Source: a virus
Taxonomy: Duplodnaviria; Caudoviricetes
Reading direction: 5' to 3' (one strand)
DNA: 64,000 bases
IMG/VR virus record: IMGVR_UViG_3300033076_001012
Location: 1 to 64,000 of that record
In this document: positions 1-9,731 of the stretch, in pieces
Layout of the letters: each line of letters begins with the position of its first letter
Numbering within the stretch: position 1 is the first letter of the stretch
Position numbers and translations under genes: made by a program
The notes under the pieces: generated by a model
What the model was told of the DNA's origin: nothing
Seen by the model: only the letters and a program-made list of their open reading frames with translations
Database searches by the model: none

Positions 1-382
1 TATCATCTTCTAAAATATCATGGGCAACTATTAGATCAAGTATTAATTGATTAGCATTATTAAAGTCAAACTCCGCTTTTGTTTTTCTAACAAAGTGAAA
101 ACCTAGTATTACAGGTTTTTTAATTTTCTTAATGTCAACTATAATAGGATTAATAGCGGATATAAAAAGATTAGGTTTTGTTCTCCTATCAACATATCCT
201 TTTATTATCTTTTTAGAAGATGAGTACCCCTGAATATTTAAACTTCTAAGGTACTTCATGCAAGTTTTAGACATGAAAATACCCTTAGAAGTTTTTATGT
301 TATTATTTTTAAGAGACGGTACGTGTCCTGGAATAAATATTTCAGGACTATCGTACGTCTCACTTTCTTTAGTTATGTTCAT
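1..382 (-). CDS. rusA: RusA-like Holliday junction resolvase (3' end runs off the window)
   Basis: Not in the ORF track. Manual translation from ATG at 382: MNITKESETYDSPEIFIPGHVPSLKN...GFHFVRKTKAEFDFNNANQLILDLIVAHDILEDD. This resembles the RusA pattern PS.N ... R..D.DN..K...D.L...DD. Confidence 0.6.
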   Translation of the reverse strand, partial: MNITKESETYDSPEIFIPGHVPSLKNNNIKTSKGIFMSKTCMKYLRSLNIQGYSSSKKIIKGYVDRRTKPNLFISAINPIIVDIKKIKKPVILGFHFVRKTKAEFDFNNANQLILDLIVAHDILEDD

Positions 383-574
383 TTAAATTGTTAAATCTAA
401 AGTAAACTTTTTATTATTTAATAAATCTCTTATAGCAAAAGCTATAGATTTATCTTGTTGAAAATTTTTATTTACATAACATATAATATTCTCATGTCCA
501 TAATATTCAACAGTTACCATCCAGTTAAAGGATGGATTATTACTTGGTTCTACACTATACTTAGCATTTCTCAT
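383..574 (-). CDS. hypothetical protein
   Basis: Overlaps the upstream stop and abuts the downstream start, in an operon-like arrangement. Confidence 0.55.
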   Translation of the reverse strand: MRNAKYSVEPSNNPSFNWMVTVEYYGHENIICYVNKNFQQDKSIAFAIRDLLNNKKFTLDLTI

Positions 575-1647
575 ATTTTTCCTTTTAGTGCTGTATACTC
601 CTTAACACCTTCAACAAAATCATCTAATGCCATTTGTAAATCTTCAACTAATGTACTCAATGTAAGAAGGTTTTCATCCAATTCATCTTCTTGTACATTT
701 TGTGTTTCAACATAAGGAGATGTGGAATAACCATAATCATCAATCAAAGATAGTTGTTTACCAAAACTTTTATCTGTCTTATTCCAGCCGACTTTTTCAT
801 ACATTTCATCAAAAGATTTACTATTTATTTTAGTAAATGATTGTATACTATTGTATTTGTTTTCAGGTTTAATATATGTATGTAACCAACGTTTATTAGA
901 ACATTTAGTTATTATATCATACATTAAATTATAACATGATTCAACATCTGAAATAACTACTATTTCATTATCTGTATGTGGTGAATAATAACCACATTCT
1001 ATATTGTTACAACAAATATCCAAACCTTTAAGTTTTAAAGCTCTTACATCTGTTACAGAACCGTTTATTGCTTTATATTGATGAATATCTAAAATATCAC
1101 CTATATGTTCTAAATATTCATTAGAACATAGTTCAATACCAGCAGCATTAGTAACCAAACCTGTATTACCACGTCTATCAGCTTGTAAAACTAAAGTACA
1201 ATCGTTAAAGAATGACATATTAGCATTATTACTACCAACACAACCAACTTCTTCTTTAGTAAAGAACACTGCTTTAACATTGGATAAATCTTTAAGTAAT
1301 TGTAAACAAATATATACTCCTACCAAATCATCACCACCGATACCTACTTGACTCATATTAGATGAACTATAAGCAAATAGTTGATCATCACATTCAAATA
1401 TTTGATAATCTCTATGTATCTGATGAACCTGATCCATATGAGATACTACACAAGGATATAATTTACTACTACCTTTTGTTACATAGATATTATCATTTTC
1501 TTCTGTTAGAATAACATCTAATTTTTCTTTTTTTATAAATTCTTTTATAAAGTTTTTGATTTGACTTTCATCCTTATCATTCCCTTGAAGGGTTAAGACC
1601 TTAGTTAAAAGGTTTTTATCTATTTTATACAATGATTCTTTTTCCAT
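571..1647 (-). CDS. M20/M25/M28/M42-family zinc metallopeptidase
   Basis: Metal-ligand motifs SHMD, GGDD..G, EEVG.VGS, DRRG, GYY.PH. Confidence 0.85.
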   Translation of the reverse strand: MEKESLYKIDKNLLTKVLTLQGNDKDESQIKNFIKEFIKKEKLDVILTEENDNIYVTKGSSKLYPCVVSHMDQVHQIHRDYQIFECDDQLFAYSSSNMSQVGIGGDDLVGVYICLQLLKDLSNVKAVFFTKEEVGCVGSNNANMSFFNDCTLVLQADRRGNTGLVTNAAGIELCSNEYLEHIGDILDIHQYKAINGSVTDVRALKLKGLDICCNNIECGYYSPHTDNEIVVISDVESCYNLMYDIITKCSNKRWLHTYIKPENKYNSIQSFTKINSKSFDEMYEKVGWNKTDKSFGKQLSLIDDYGYSTSPYVETQNVQEDELDENLLTLSTLVEDLQMALDDFVEGVKEYTALKGKI

Positions 1648-1656
1648 TTATTTTAA

Positions 1657-3579
1657 TTAATTAGGAACAACATATATACCTGAAGATGTTTGAATTTTTA
1701 TATCATTATAAACCTCACACAATTTTAATATGTCATCTTTTTTGTAATTTACAATTAAATCATGTTTAGTAATATTAATAGGATTGTTTGTAGAATAACC
1801 ATAATCAAAATTTACAATAAAACCATCATCAATCATTTTAAAAAAGGTGTCTAAATAACCAACTTCTTCAAATTTTTGAATAATTTGTTCATAATTCATA
1901 TGTTCTTTTGAATTTATAATATAATATAAACCGTCTCTCTCAAGAGAACTTTTGGTCATATCTAACCAAGCATATCCATTAGAACTGTGAGCCGTTTTAA
2001 CAAATTTACATTTATATTCAGGTAAAAATTGTTTAAATATATAATTATTTGAATCAGATGTATAAGAATATACTTCTCCTTTAGGACATAAATTAATAAC
2101 TCTTTTTATAAATCTTGAATCTGTCACACATGGAAAACCTGATGTTGAACGATTTGATATATTTTCCTTACCATATTTAACAAAAGGAATATCAATATCT
2201 TCTATTGTTATTTTATCATCTTCTTTTATAGATCTACCTATATAATTACCATCTAAAGATAAATGTGTAAAAGTATCAAGATATGGTGTACCTATTAAAT
2301 TATTAGTTGAATATTTTAAATCTATTAAACCTTCTTTTATTAAGGAATCTTGAATTTCTATCCAATTACATTTAGCAATTATATACTTTCTATCAAACTT
2401 TATATCTGGAAAAACTTCATTTCTTGATTTATAATAATTATCATATTGTACAGTATACCCATTCTCATAACCCCATTTCATTAACATATTTTTCTGAGAA
2501 TCTTTTGTATAATATATTCTGTCCATATATTTTTCACCAGTATCTAAATTCCACAACAAAGCTCTTGCATGAAGTAAACCTTCTTTAACTACAGTTACCA
2601 TTTTAACAGGTAAATATTTATAAAGAAGAAGTTGAGATTTACAATTTGGATGTCTCATACAACTATTCTGTAAAGTACCTCTTCCTTCAGTATAATTTTT
2701 AACATTGTACCATTTTACCAATTCATCTCCTTCTACAACATTAATATTAAAACTATTAAAACTTATAAATTCAGCATTGAAAGCATGAACAAATAGTTCC
2801 AAATATCTATCAGGATATAAATTTAATAGACACTTTTTAACAAGTCTTCCTATTTTAGTATGTTCTATACAATTATTAAAAAGTATATTAGTAGTAATAG
2901 TAAATATTTCACTTGAAACTTCAACAGTTGGATCATATGATCTTTTTTTTACAATAACATCTTGATATAACTTATTATGCTCAAGCATAGCCTTTTTAAA
3001 CTTATCAAAGTTTAAACTTGTTATAGATAATTCCTGAGATTTCTCATCTAAATAATATCCAACAGCTCCTATTTTATCAGTTTGTGCAAAATCTGCAAAT
3101 ATTGTTTTATTATTTATTAAAGATTTTGCTATTAAACCTTCAGGAGAAGTTCTACCATATTTTTTAACAACTTTTTCCAAAACATTTTTTATACCTGATA
3201 CAAAAGATATTTTAGAAAAAGGTTTTTCTTGAAATATATTACAACCAAAGTTTATAACTCTATTTGAGTAGATACATTTAATATCACAAAGTTTATCATT
3301 ATCTTGTAAAGATTGTTTATATTCAACTGCCCGTTTAGGAGTATTCCATACAGATCTTAAATATAAACTATCCGGTATATCATTTTTATAAAAACTCTTA
3401 AAATCCAATACATCCACCATAGATGCACCTCTTCCTTTAGGACATACATATGTACCAAATGCCCAACATCCTTCATTGGATTCTTTCCATGCTATAAGAT
3501 CTCCTCTTTTACAAGAGTCTTTGCTTATAGAAAGATCTTCTAATATATTATAAGTACTTTTAAAATTTTCTAAGTCCAT
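1657..3579 (-). CDS. large hypothetical protein with an SCM...RALLW...MDRIY domain
   Basis: Central motif QNSCMRH...HARALLWN...YMDRIYY, recalled from phage proteins next to M28 peptidases. Function unknown. Confidence 0.6.
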   Translation of the reverse strand: MDLENFKSTYNILEDLSISKDSCKRGDLIAWKESNEGCWAFGTYVCPKGRGASMVDVLDFKSFYKNDIPDSLYLRSVWNTPKRAVEYKQSLQDNDKLCDIKCIYSNRVINFGCNIFQEKPFSKISFVSGIKNVLEKVVKKYGRTSPEGLIAKSLINNKTIFADFAQTDKIGAVGYYLDEKSQELSITSLNFDKFKKAMLEHNKLYQDVIVKKRSYDPTVEVSSEIFTITTNILFNNCIEHTKIGRLVKKCLLNLYPDRYLELFVHAFNAEFISFNSFNINVVEGDELVKWYNVKNYTEGRGTLQNSCMRHPNCKSQLLLYKYLPVKMVTVVKEGLLHARALLWNLDTGEKYMDRIYYTKDSQKNMLMKWGYENGYTVQYDNYYKSRNEVFPDIKFDRKYIIAKCNWIEIQDSLIKEGLIDLKYSTNNLIGTPYLDTFTHLSLDGNYIGRSIKEDDKITIEDIDIPFVKYGKENISNRSTSGFPCVTDSRFIKRVINLCPKGEVYSYTSDSNNYIFKQFLPEYKCKFVKTAHSSNGYAWLDMTKSSLERDGLYYIINSKEHMNYEQIIQKFEEVGYLDTFFKMIDDGFIVNFDYGYSTNNPINITKHDLIVNYKKDDILKLCEVYNDIKIQTSSGIYVVPN

Positions 3580-3601
3580 AATTTGTTGTGTTGTTATAAA
3601 A

Positions 3602-3639
3602 AATAATAAGTCCTGATGTATTTATCAGGACTTATTATT
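3602..3639. terminator. intrinsic terminator-like hairpin
   Basis: 16-bp perfect inverted repeat aataataagtcctgat/atcaggacttattatt between genes. Confidence 0.7.
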
Positions 3640-3653
3640 AAAACTTATGTTTT

Positions 3654-4259
3654 TTAATTATCGTCTGCTATATCTTTAAGATTTGATATATCATTAGATG
3701 ATAATATCATATTGTTATCTTCAACTTGAATAGTTTTAAGATTATTATCTTCTACAAACTCTAATAAATTTATAATTTTATTAACGTCAAATAAAAAGTT
3801 ACCGTTTTCATCTAAAAATTCTCTTGTATCTAAATTAAAGATAATAAGATCACCATTATCTGTTACATATTTTGGATCTTCTACAGTCTCTTTTTCAAAG
3901 TCATCGTCTTCATCTATTGAAACATCTTCATTAGAGGTGGTATTTTCAATAGGTGCTTGTGATAAAGAATAGGAGACAAGTCTATCCATAATAAGTGCCC
4001 AATCAAATGTTAGATCGTATACAGGAACTATACCTCTATCCGCATAATAATCAATTCTTCTTGCCCAATTAATATGAAATTTATCACTTGTTCCTACACT
4101 AATAACATGGCCTAATTGTATATGTTCAATACCTGTTTGAGTTTCACCATCATTACTAATAGTTAATCCCATATCAGAACATTTTTTTAAAAAAGCATCT
4201 TTCAGATAATTATCTGAATTACGAATAATCATCCAATACTTTTCATTAACTTTACTCAT
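3654..4259 (-). CDS. hypothetical protein
   Basis: 201 aa ORF overlapping the primase stop. Confidence 0.7.
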   Translation of the reverse strand: MSKVNEKYWMIIRNSDNYLKDAFLKKCSDMGLTISNDGETQTGIEHIQLGHVISVGTSDKFHINWARRIDYYADRGIVPVYDLTFDWALIMDRLVSYSLSQAPIENTTSNEDVSIDEDDDFEKETVEDPKYVTDNGDLIIFNLDTREFLDENGNFLFDVNKIINLLEFVEDNNLKTIQVEDNNMILSSNDISNLKDIADDN

Positions 4260-5301
4260 ATTTATGTTTATTTTTTAATTTTTGTTCAACTTCACCAATC
4301 AACATTCTAGCTTTTTCTAATCCATTATTTTTAATATAATCTGATAAATCTTTACTTCCATATTTATCTGTAAAATAGAGTATATCATATTTATCATTTA
4401 ATTTTCTATATTTGTTACCTAAAGAAACACCTGTTAAATCATAGTCAAAGTTTAATATTATTCTACTAAATCTTTTCCAAAGATCTTTTAAAATATTATC
4501 AGACAATAACACAGTTTCATTTTGAGGAGCTATAGAATGATAACCTAATACATCAAAAGACATAATATCTTTTAATGATTTAGTTATTATTAAATAATCA
4601 GCTCTTTCAGGAAGTTGTTCATATCCTTGTATTATATTAAATCCTACATTACTTATCCATCTATATTGTTTTGAAAGAGGTGTATAAATTTTCCACTTAT
4701 TTTCTCCAAAAAAATACCCATAGCTTGGACTACTATTTTTACAATAAATAATAGAATTATTTATCCAATAACATCTCAAAGGATAAACTCTGTATTTTTG
4801 GAGTATTTTACAAGTTATACCATATTGTTGCCAATATGTTTTATCCACTCCATTATTCCAATCCCTTATTGATACTTTTATATCAGTATTTTTCTTAAAT
4901 GCCTGAAGCATTAAATTATCAACAGTTTTGATGGGTGAAGAAGCGTTAAAAACTTCACCCATCACTTTACTGTTGATAGATTTCCTTATTCCTAAGGAAA
5001 AATCATTATCTATAATAATTAAAGACTCAGATAAAGAAACATTATATTTCTTCATAATGAAATCAAATATTGATCCTGTTTCACCAGTAGCAAAATCTTT
5101 AAATCTTATCTTACAGTTTGAAGAACCATTTGAAAAATAAAAAGACAGTGATGGATTATTATCTGTTCTTAAAGGATTATTATATACTTTACCAGGCTCT
5201 ACATTCCTACCCATATAATAAGAAAATAAAGATAATTCATCCACAAGAGAAAGGATAGTTTGTATATTTAATTCTTTTATATTAGCTGTTGTATAGAGCA
5301 C
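4252..5301 (-). CDS. dnaG: DNA primase (crAss-type, degenerate CHC2 domain plus TOPRIM)
   Basis: NPLRTDNNPS zinc-finger-like region; TOPRIM motifs IITKSLKDIM, FDYDLTG, KDLSDY. Confidence 0.85.
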   Translation of the reverse strand: MLYTTANIKELNIQTILSLVDELSLFSYYMGRNVEPGKVYNNPLRTDNNPSLSFYFSNGSSNCKIRFKDFATGETGSIFDFIMKKYNVSLSESLIIIDNDFSLGIRKSINSKVMGEVFNASSPIKTVDNLMLQAFKKNTDIKVSIRDWNNGVDKTYWQQYGITCKILQKYRVYPLRCYWINNSIIYCKNSSPSYGYFFGENKWKIYTPLSKQYRWISNVGFNIIQGYEQLPERADYLIITKSLKDIMSFDVLGYHSIAPQNETVLLSDNILKDLWKRFSRIILNFDYDLTGVSLGNKYRKLNDKYDILYFTDKYGSKDLSDYIKNNGLEKARMLIGEVEQKLKNKHKYE

Positions 5302-5318
5302 TATTTATTGTTTTTTTA

Positions 5319-5855
5319 TTAAAAAGGTAAATCTGAAGTAACTGTCGAAGAAGAAACGTTTGTTACAGCAGGAAGAGGTTTCATATCATACTGATTATTT
5401 GGATCAAACTTCAACTTAGTTGGATTAACTGTTAAAGATTCAGCAAATGTTGGTAAACCAATAGTTGCTTTAATCCAATTACCTTTACCTTCTTTACCAG
5501 CAACTGTTTCACCACTAAATTTAATACGTAAAGATTTACCAACTAATAAGTTAGAAAGTTTAGTACTATAGTCAGTTATAGATGTTGCTTGAACATTGTC
5601 AATATCACTTTCTGATACAACCTTTGTAGCAATGTGTTTAATTTTTTCTAAAGAACGTTTACTTGCAGCATCTGATAAATAAAATTTGATAGATGCTGTC
5701 TGATTATTGTTCTTCATTGATACAAAGTTAAACTCTACATAAGGAGTTCCACTTTCATTAGAAGTAATACCAGCAATGGTAACTTCATTAATTCCTGGTG
5801 TAATATATTTACTTTCAAACACCTTTTCTTCAATTCCTTTTGTTGTAAAATTCAT
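5319..5855 (-). CDS. ssb: single-stranded DNA-binding protein (DUF669-like)
   Basis: Beta-rich sequence ending in the acidic-aromatic tip DLPF; lies between the primase and the Sak4-like ATPase. Confidence 0.65.
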   Translation of the reverse strand: MNFTTKGIEEKVFESKYITPGINEVTIAGITSNESGTPYVEFNFVSMKNNNQTASIKFYLSDAASKRSLEKIKHIATKVVSESDIDNVQATSITDYSTKLSNLLVGKSLRIKFSGETVAGKEGKGNWIKATIGLPTFAESLTVNPTKLKFDPNNQYDMKPLPAVTNVSSSTVTSDLPF

Positions 5856-5890
5856 AAATCTAAATTTTTAATTGTTAAATTATTCTATTA

Positions 5891-6154
5891 TTATACTACA
5901 ATATTTGAGTTCTCATCATTTATTAACTCAAATTTAGGTTTAGCTTTTGGCCTTGTAAGTTTAATTCCAGCTGTTTTTAGAGCAAGTTTCATTTGTGCGA
6001 GAGAGAGTCCGTACTTAGAAGCCATTTCATCAACTGTCATTGTTAACTTATCAATTTTTAAACCTTTTACACTAAGTTTTATAGGTTCATTAGTTTTTTT
6101 AATTTGTTTAGTTTCTTCTACTCTTATTTCAGAAGTTCCACTTGTTAAATTCAT
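5891..6154 (-). CDS. small HTH-like DNA-binding protein
   Basis: MTVDEMASKYGLSLAQMKLALKTAG resembles a helix-turn-helix. Confidence 0.5.
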   Translation of the reverse strand: MNLTSGTSEIRVEETKQIKKTNEPIKLSVKGLKIDKLTMTVDEMASKYGLSLAQMKLALKTAGIKLTRPKAKPKFELINDENSNIVV

Positions 6155-6168
6155 AATTATTTGTTTTT

Positions 6169-6930
6169 TTATTTATAAATATTTTCCCAATAAGTTTTTA
6201 TTTCACCATTATCCAATTGTTCAGCTAAAACAATTTCTCTATTACGTAAATGTTCAGGTCTTGCTCCACAAGTAATAGTATCTGAAGTTTTAAAACTAAC
6301 AATAGTTTTATTATTTTCTCTATATAAAAACCCAATAGCATCTGCTTTAGCACAAACTATAGATTTTATTTTACCTGTAAGATCCACTTCAGCAGCATTT
6401 ACTTCTTTACCCTTTACTTCAATAGATTTATCTTTAAGATGACCTAGTAAAATTATATTTTCAGCTAAAGTATCTATATAATCTAATATTTTAAAGAAAG
6501 CTTCTCTTAGATATGAATATCCTGCTCCATTAGGTAACGTTAATACATTAGAGTTCGGATTATAGGTTCCATCAGATTGTAGTCCAAAATTCTTACCTAT
6601 AGGGGTATCTCTATACAACTTTAAAGCTAATGGTGATACCATCTCTTCCAAAGCTGTTACAGTATCTATAGCTACATATTTATAGGGATTGTTAGCCTTT
6701 TTAATGGTTTCACCTATTTTTTTTAAATCTTGTAAATCTTTAACTTTTATCTTTAAAGCACTTACATAATCACTACCGTTTTCTAAATCTAATATTAAAC
6801 AATTATCCAAACCAGCTAAAGCTGTCGTTTTACCTGCTTTGGGTTTACTATAAATAATAAGTCTTTTAGGATTTACTCTTTCAGCACTTATTTTCTTAGT
6901 GGGTAATAAAATTTCTTCAAGTTCACTCAT
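6169..6930 (-). CDS. AAA_24 / Sak4-like ATPase (ssDNA-annealing recombinase)
   Basis: Walker A YSKPKAGKTT, LILDLENG, VAIDTVT, LLGH, ADAIG; adjacent to SSB. Confidence 0.8.
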   Translation of the reverse strand: MSELEEILLPTKKISAERVNPKRLIIYSKPKAGKTTALAGLDNCLILDLENGSDYVSALKIKVKDLQDLKKIGETIKKANNPYKYVAIDTVTALEEMVSPLALKLYRDTPIGKNFGLQSDGTYNPNSNVLTLPNGAGYSYLREAFFKILDYIDTLAENIILLGHLKDKSIEVKGKEVNAAEVDLTGKIKSIVCAKADAIGFLYRENNKTIVSFKTSDTITCGARPEHLRNREIVLAEQLDNGEIKTYWENIYK

Positions 6931-6945
6931 CTTCTTATTTTTTTT

Positions 6946-7128
6946 TTAAAATTTATTATTTCTATAAACATCTCTTACTGCCCTACCCAAATCTGCATCG
7001 TTTGGATAAATGTCTATTAAACTACTTGTTAGATTAAACAAATAATAGTATTTTTCATATTCTTTTACTGGAATTTCTACAACTTGTATATTATTCATAA
7101 CATTTCTTTGAAAATCTCCATCACTCAT
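6946..7128 (-). CDS. hypothetical protein
   Basis: YPNDADLGRAVR motif typical of small phage proteins; overlaps the upstream stop. Confidence 0.55.
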   Translation of the reverse strand: MSDGDFQRNVMNNIQVVEIPVKEYEKYYYLFNLTSSLIDIYPNDADLGRAVRDVYRNNKF

Positions 7129-7483
7129 GGTTTGTTATTTTATAATTTTTGTTTCTATTATCTGTTCCCCTATTAAGTTTAACATTTTCACTTAACATCA
7201 TTAAGGATGCTATAGCATGATCTAAATGAGGATATCCGCTTTCATCTATATCTTCACCTATCATCCAACTATATAGATGTCTTTGGCAAGCATCATAATA
7301 TCTTAAATGATCTGTTCCACCCGAATAGTTGAATTTGCTATATTTATTAGCTCCATAATTAAAAACTTTAGCTACTCCCTCCAAAGCCTTTTGAGGAATG
7401 TCGGAATAACAAACCTTTCCTTTATCATATTTTAAAGTTTCACAAAATTTTTGATCAGTTTTCATCTCTACTGTTGTCACCAT
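7121..7483 (-). CDS. dATP/dGTP diphosphohydrolase-like protein (DUF5664)
   Basis: KYDKGK...YGANKY..NY..G...RYYDACQRHL..W..GED.D.ESG..HL.HA pattern. Confidence 0.8.
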   Translation of the reverse strand: MVTTVEMKTDQKFCETLKYDKGKVCYSDIPQKALEGVAKVFNYGANKYSKFNYSGGTDHLRYYDACQRHLYSWMIGEDIDESGYPHLDHAIASLMMLSENVKLNRGTDNRNKNYKITNHE

Positions 7484-7733
7484 ATACTATCTCATTTTCA
7501 AGATATGTTTCTTCATATCCATTTTCAGGAATACCTTTATTAATATTTTTAATTTTAAACTCTAAAGCTAATATTTTTTGATTTAAAAAATTAACTTTTC
7601 TCATAGTTTCATCATATTTTTCTATATCAAAAGCTGATATATTCTGTTTAAATAACAATTTTTTAACCTCATCTTTATAGTCTTTTATACGTTTTTTATG
7701 ATATTCACTCATATAATACTTAATTTTGTACAT
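7455..7733 (-). CDS. hypothetical coiled-coil protein
   Basis: ORF overlapping both neighbours. Confidence 0.55.
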   Translation of the reverse strand: MYKIKYYMSEYHKKRIKDYKDEVKKLLFKQNISAFDIEKYDETMRKVNFLNQKILALEFKIKNINKGIPENGYEETYLENEIVYGDNSRDEN

Positions 7734-8757
7734 AGTTTTGATAGTTTATTTCATTTACAGAAGGTAATTCTACATAAGAACCTGCTTTATAATTAGCATA
7801 TAGACCTATAGCTACATTATCTTTAGATAATCTATTTTTAATTATTTTAAACATTATAAAATTTTCTTTAAGTTTAGTTATATCATAACCTAAAGATTTA
7901 TCCATATCCATCTTATATGGACACATTAAACCAATAGCTACATCACAATCTGCAAATGGAACTCTTGTATCTTTAAAATCTGTCATTTGAGGTGATAAAT
8001 CTACTCCTTTGTATTTTGCTCTCTCTACTGTAGATAAACCATCATTAAACTGACTAATATTAATAAATGTATAACCACATAAATTCCTAAGTATAACACA
8101 AAATTCAGAATATTTATCTATAACTTGTTTATTATCCATACCTCTTTCTTTATTTAAAAGAGCCATGTGATCCAATACTACAATATTATAAGCTTCTGGA
8201 TTATTGGGTTTATAACCTGAAATTACTTTTTGTTCATTACCATTATCATCTATATAACTTCTGTAAGAAAATTCACCTTTGGAACTAGCATAATCCATTA
8301 GTTTTCTATAAACACCTGTTGGATTTATTTGTCTAAATGTAAAATTTATTTTAGAAAATACTTTCTCAACAATATGAATTTCTTTATCAACAAGAGACAT
8401 CTCATAATCTGTTAATCTATTATTACCAAAACCTTTGATTTTTTCAGGAGATACAATAACTCCATGTTTACTATAAATAATATTAGATAACCAATTACAT
8501 TTTTTAGTAAGCTCATCTATTTCAAAACTAAAATAGTGTACATTACATTCAATACTGTTTAATTCAGAATCCTTAATAGCATTTAATAACATGAAGTCAC
8601 CTAATGTAGTTTTTCCTGTTCCAGACATACCTCCAAGTAAAGTAATCGTTCCTCTTTGAATACCAAAGATATAATCATTTACACGATTAAGACCGTTGCG
8701 TAAACCTTGAAATTTACCTTCTCTTCCAGCATCTATTCTTTCTTTTAAATTCATCAT
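7720..8757 (-). CDS. dnaB: DnaB-like (SF4) replicative helicase
   Basis: Walker A GGMSGTGKTT, FSFE, VVLDH, ISQFN, IIKNR. Confidence 0.85.
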   Translation of the reverse strand: MMNLKERIDAGREGKFQGLRNGLNRVNDYIFGIQRGTITLLGGMSGTGKTTLGDFMLLNAIKDSELNSIECNVHYFSFEIDELTKKCNWLSNIIYSKHGVIVSPEKIKGFGNNRLTDYEMSLVDKEIHIVEKVFSKINFTFRQINPTGVYRKLMDYASSKGEFSYRSYIDDNGNEQKVISGYKPNNPEAYNIVVLDHMALLNKERGMDNKQVIDKYSEFCVILRNLCGYTFINISQFNDGLSTVERAKYKGVDLSPQMTDFKDTRVPFADCDVAIGLMCPYKMDMDKSLGYDITKLKENFIMFKIIKNRLSKDNVAIGLYANYKAGSYVELPSVNEINYQNYVQN

Positions 8758-9296
8758 ATAGCTGTTACACGTTCTTCACTACTGTTATCTTCGTCTAATA
8801 AATATTCATATTTTTCCCAAACTCTTTGATTTAACCAAGTATCTATATTATTCATATATTGTAAACTATTGGTTTTTTTTAACATATCTATTTGAGCATT
8901 TAAAACTTTTAATATATGTTCATGCAAGTCAGGATTTTTATTTATAATATTTATATACTTCTTTCTTGTATCTTTAACAGACATTGCCTCAGAACTTTTT
9001 GGTCTTAAAGGTCTGGAACCTGCGCCATTACCAACTTTCATTGGAAAACTGTTAAAAAATTCTAAAAAAGATTTCTCTAAATCTCTTAAAGTAAAAAGAT
9101 CTAAAGCTGATTGACGTAATATTATAGTATCATCAGGCATTTGTTTAATAAAACCTAATCTTTCAAGATTGTTAATAGTTGTTATATTATATGAATTACA
9201 ACTGTTAATACCTGTAAATAAATTATACAATAACAAATATTCATTTGCATCTATTCCTAATTCACACAATTTGTCTGTATTTATTATTAATTCCAT
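8754..9296 (-). CDS. putative replication initiator / helicase loader
   Basis: N-terminal wHTH-like region and C-terminal FLEFFNSFP...TWLNQRVWE motif; overlaps dnaB. Confidence 0.55.
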   Translation of the reverse strand: MELIINTDKLCELGIDANEYLLLYNLFTGINSCNSYNITTINNLERLGFIKQMPDDTIILRQSALDLFTLRDLEKSFLEFFNSFPMKVGNGAGSRPLRPKSSEAMSVKDTRKKYINIINKNPDLHEHILKVLNAQIDMLKKTNSLQYMNNIDTWLNQRVWEKYEYLLDEDNSSEERVTAI

Positions 9297-9308
9297 TATG
9301 TTAATATA

Positions 9309-9500
9309 TTAATAATATTCTTCAATTTCTATTTTACCTGAACCATTACATTTTTCACAATCAATTAGTTCACAATCTTCTTCTGTTCTACCATTTATCA
9401 TTCCTATTCCATCACATTCATCACATTCTACATTTGTTATAATAATAGTAGGAGAGTAACCAATGTCTCCCCCACTATTATAAATCATGCTATTATCCAT
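9309..9500 (-). CDS. small zinc-finger protein (DnaJ-type CxxCxGxG x2)
   Basis: CDECDGIG and CEKCNGSG. Confidence 0.7.
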   Translation of the reverse strand: MDNSMIYNSGGDIGYSPTIIITNVECDECDGIGMINGRTEEDCELIDCEKCNGSGKIEIEEYY

Positions 9501-9507
9501 AATTTTT

Positions 9508-9711
9508 TTAAATTAAACCTAAATTTTTGAATTGTATTTCTAAATCTTCTTTTTCTTGTTCTTCTATACACAAATATAGATCATTTAATGTATAATTACA
9601 ATCAAACTCTATATTAATATATTCTAACAATTGTTCAGAAGACATGTCTGAACCATATAATTCTTTAACCAAATCTATTTGAAAAGGATATAAAATTTGA
9701 GAATTTTGCAT
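9508..9711 (-). CDS. hypothetical protein
   Basis: Co-oriented ORF within the operon. Confidence 0.55.
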   Translation of the reverse strand: MQNSQILYPFQIDLVKELYGSDMSSEQLLEYINIEFDCNYTLNDLYLCIEEQEKEDLEIQFKNLGLI

Positions 9712-9731
9712 AATTTAAGAATTTATTTTTT

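Noticed and set aside
1-60. HD-domain (RelA/SpoT-like hydrolase) reading of the AHDILEDD motif
   Set aside because: The wider context (PSLKN, R..D.NN...DL) fits RusA better.
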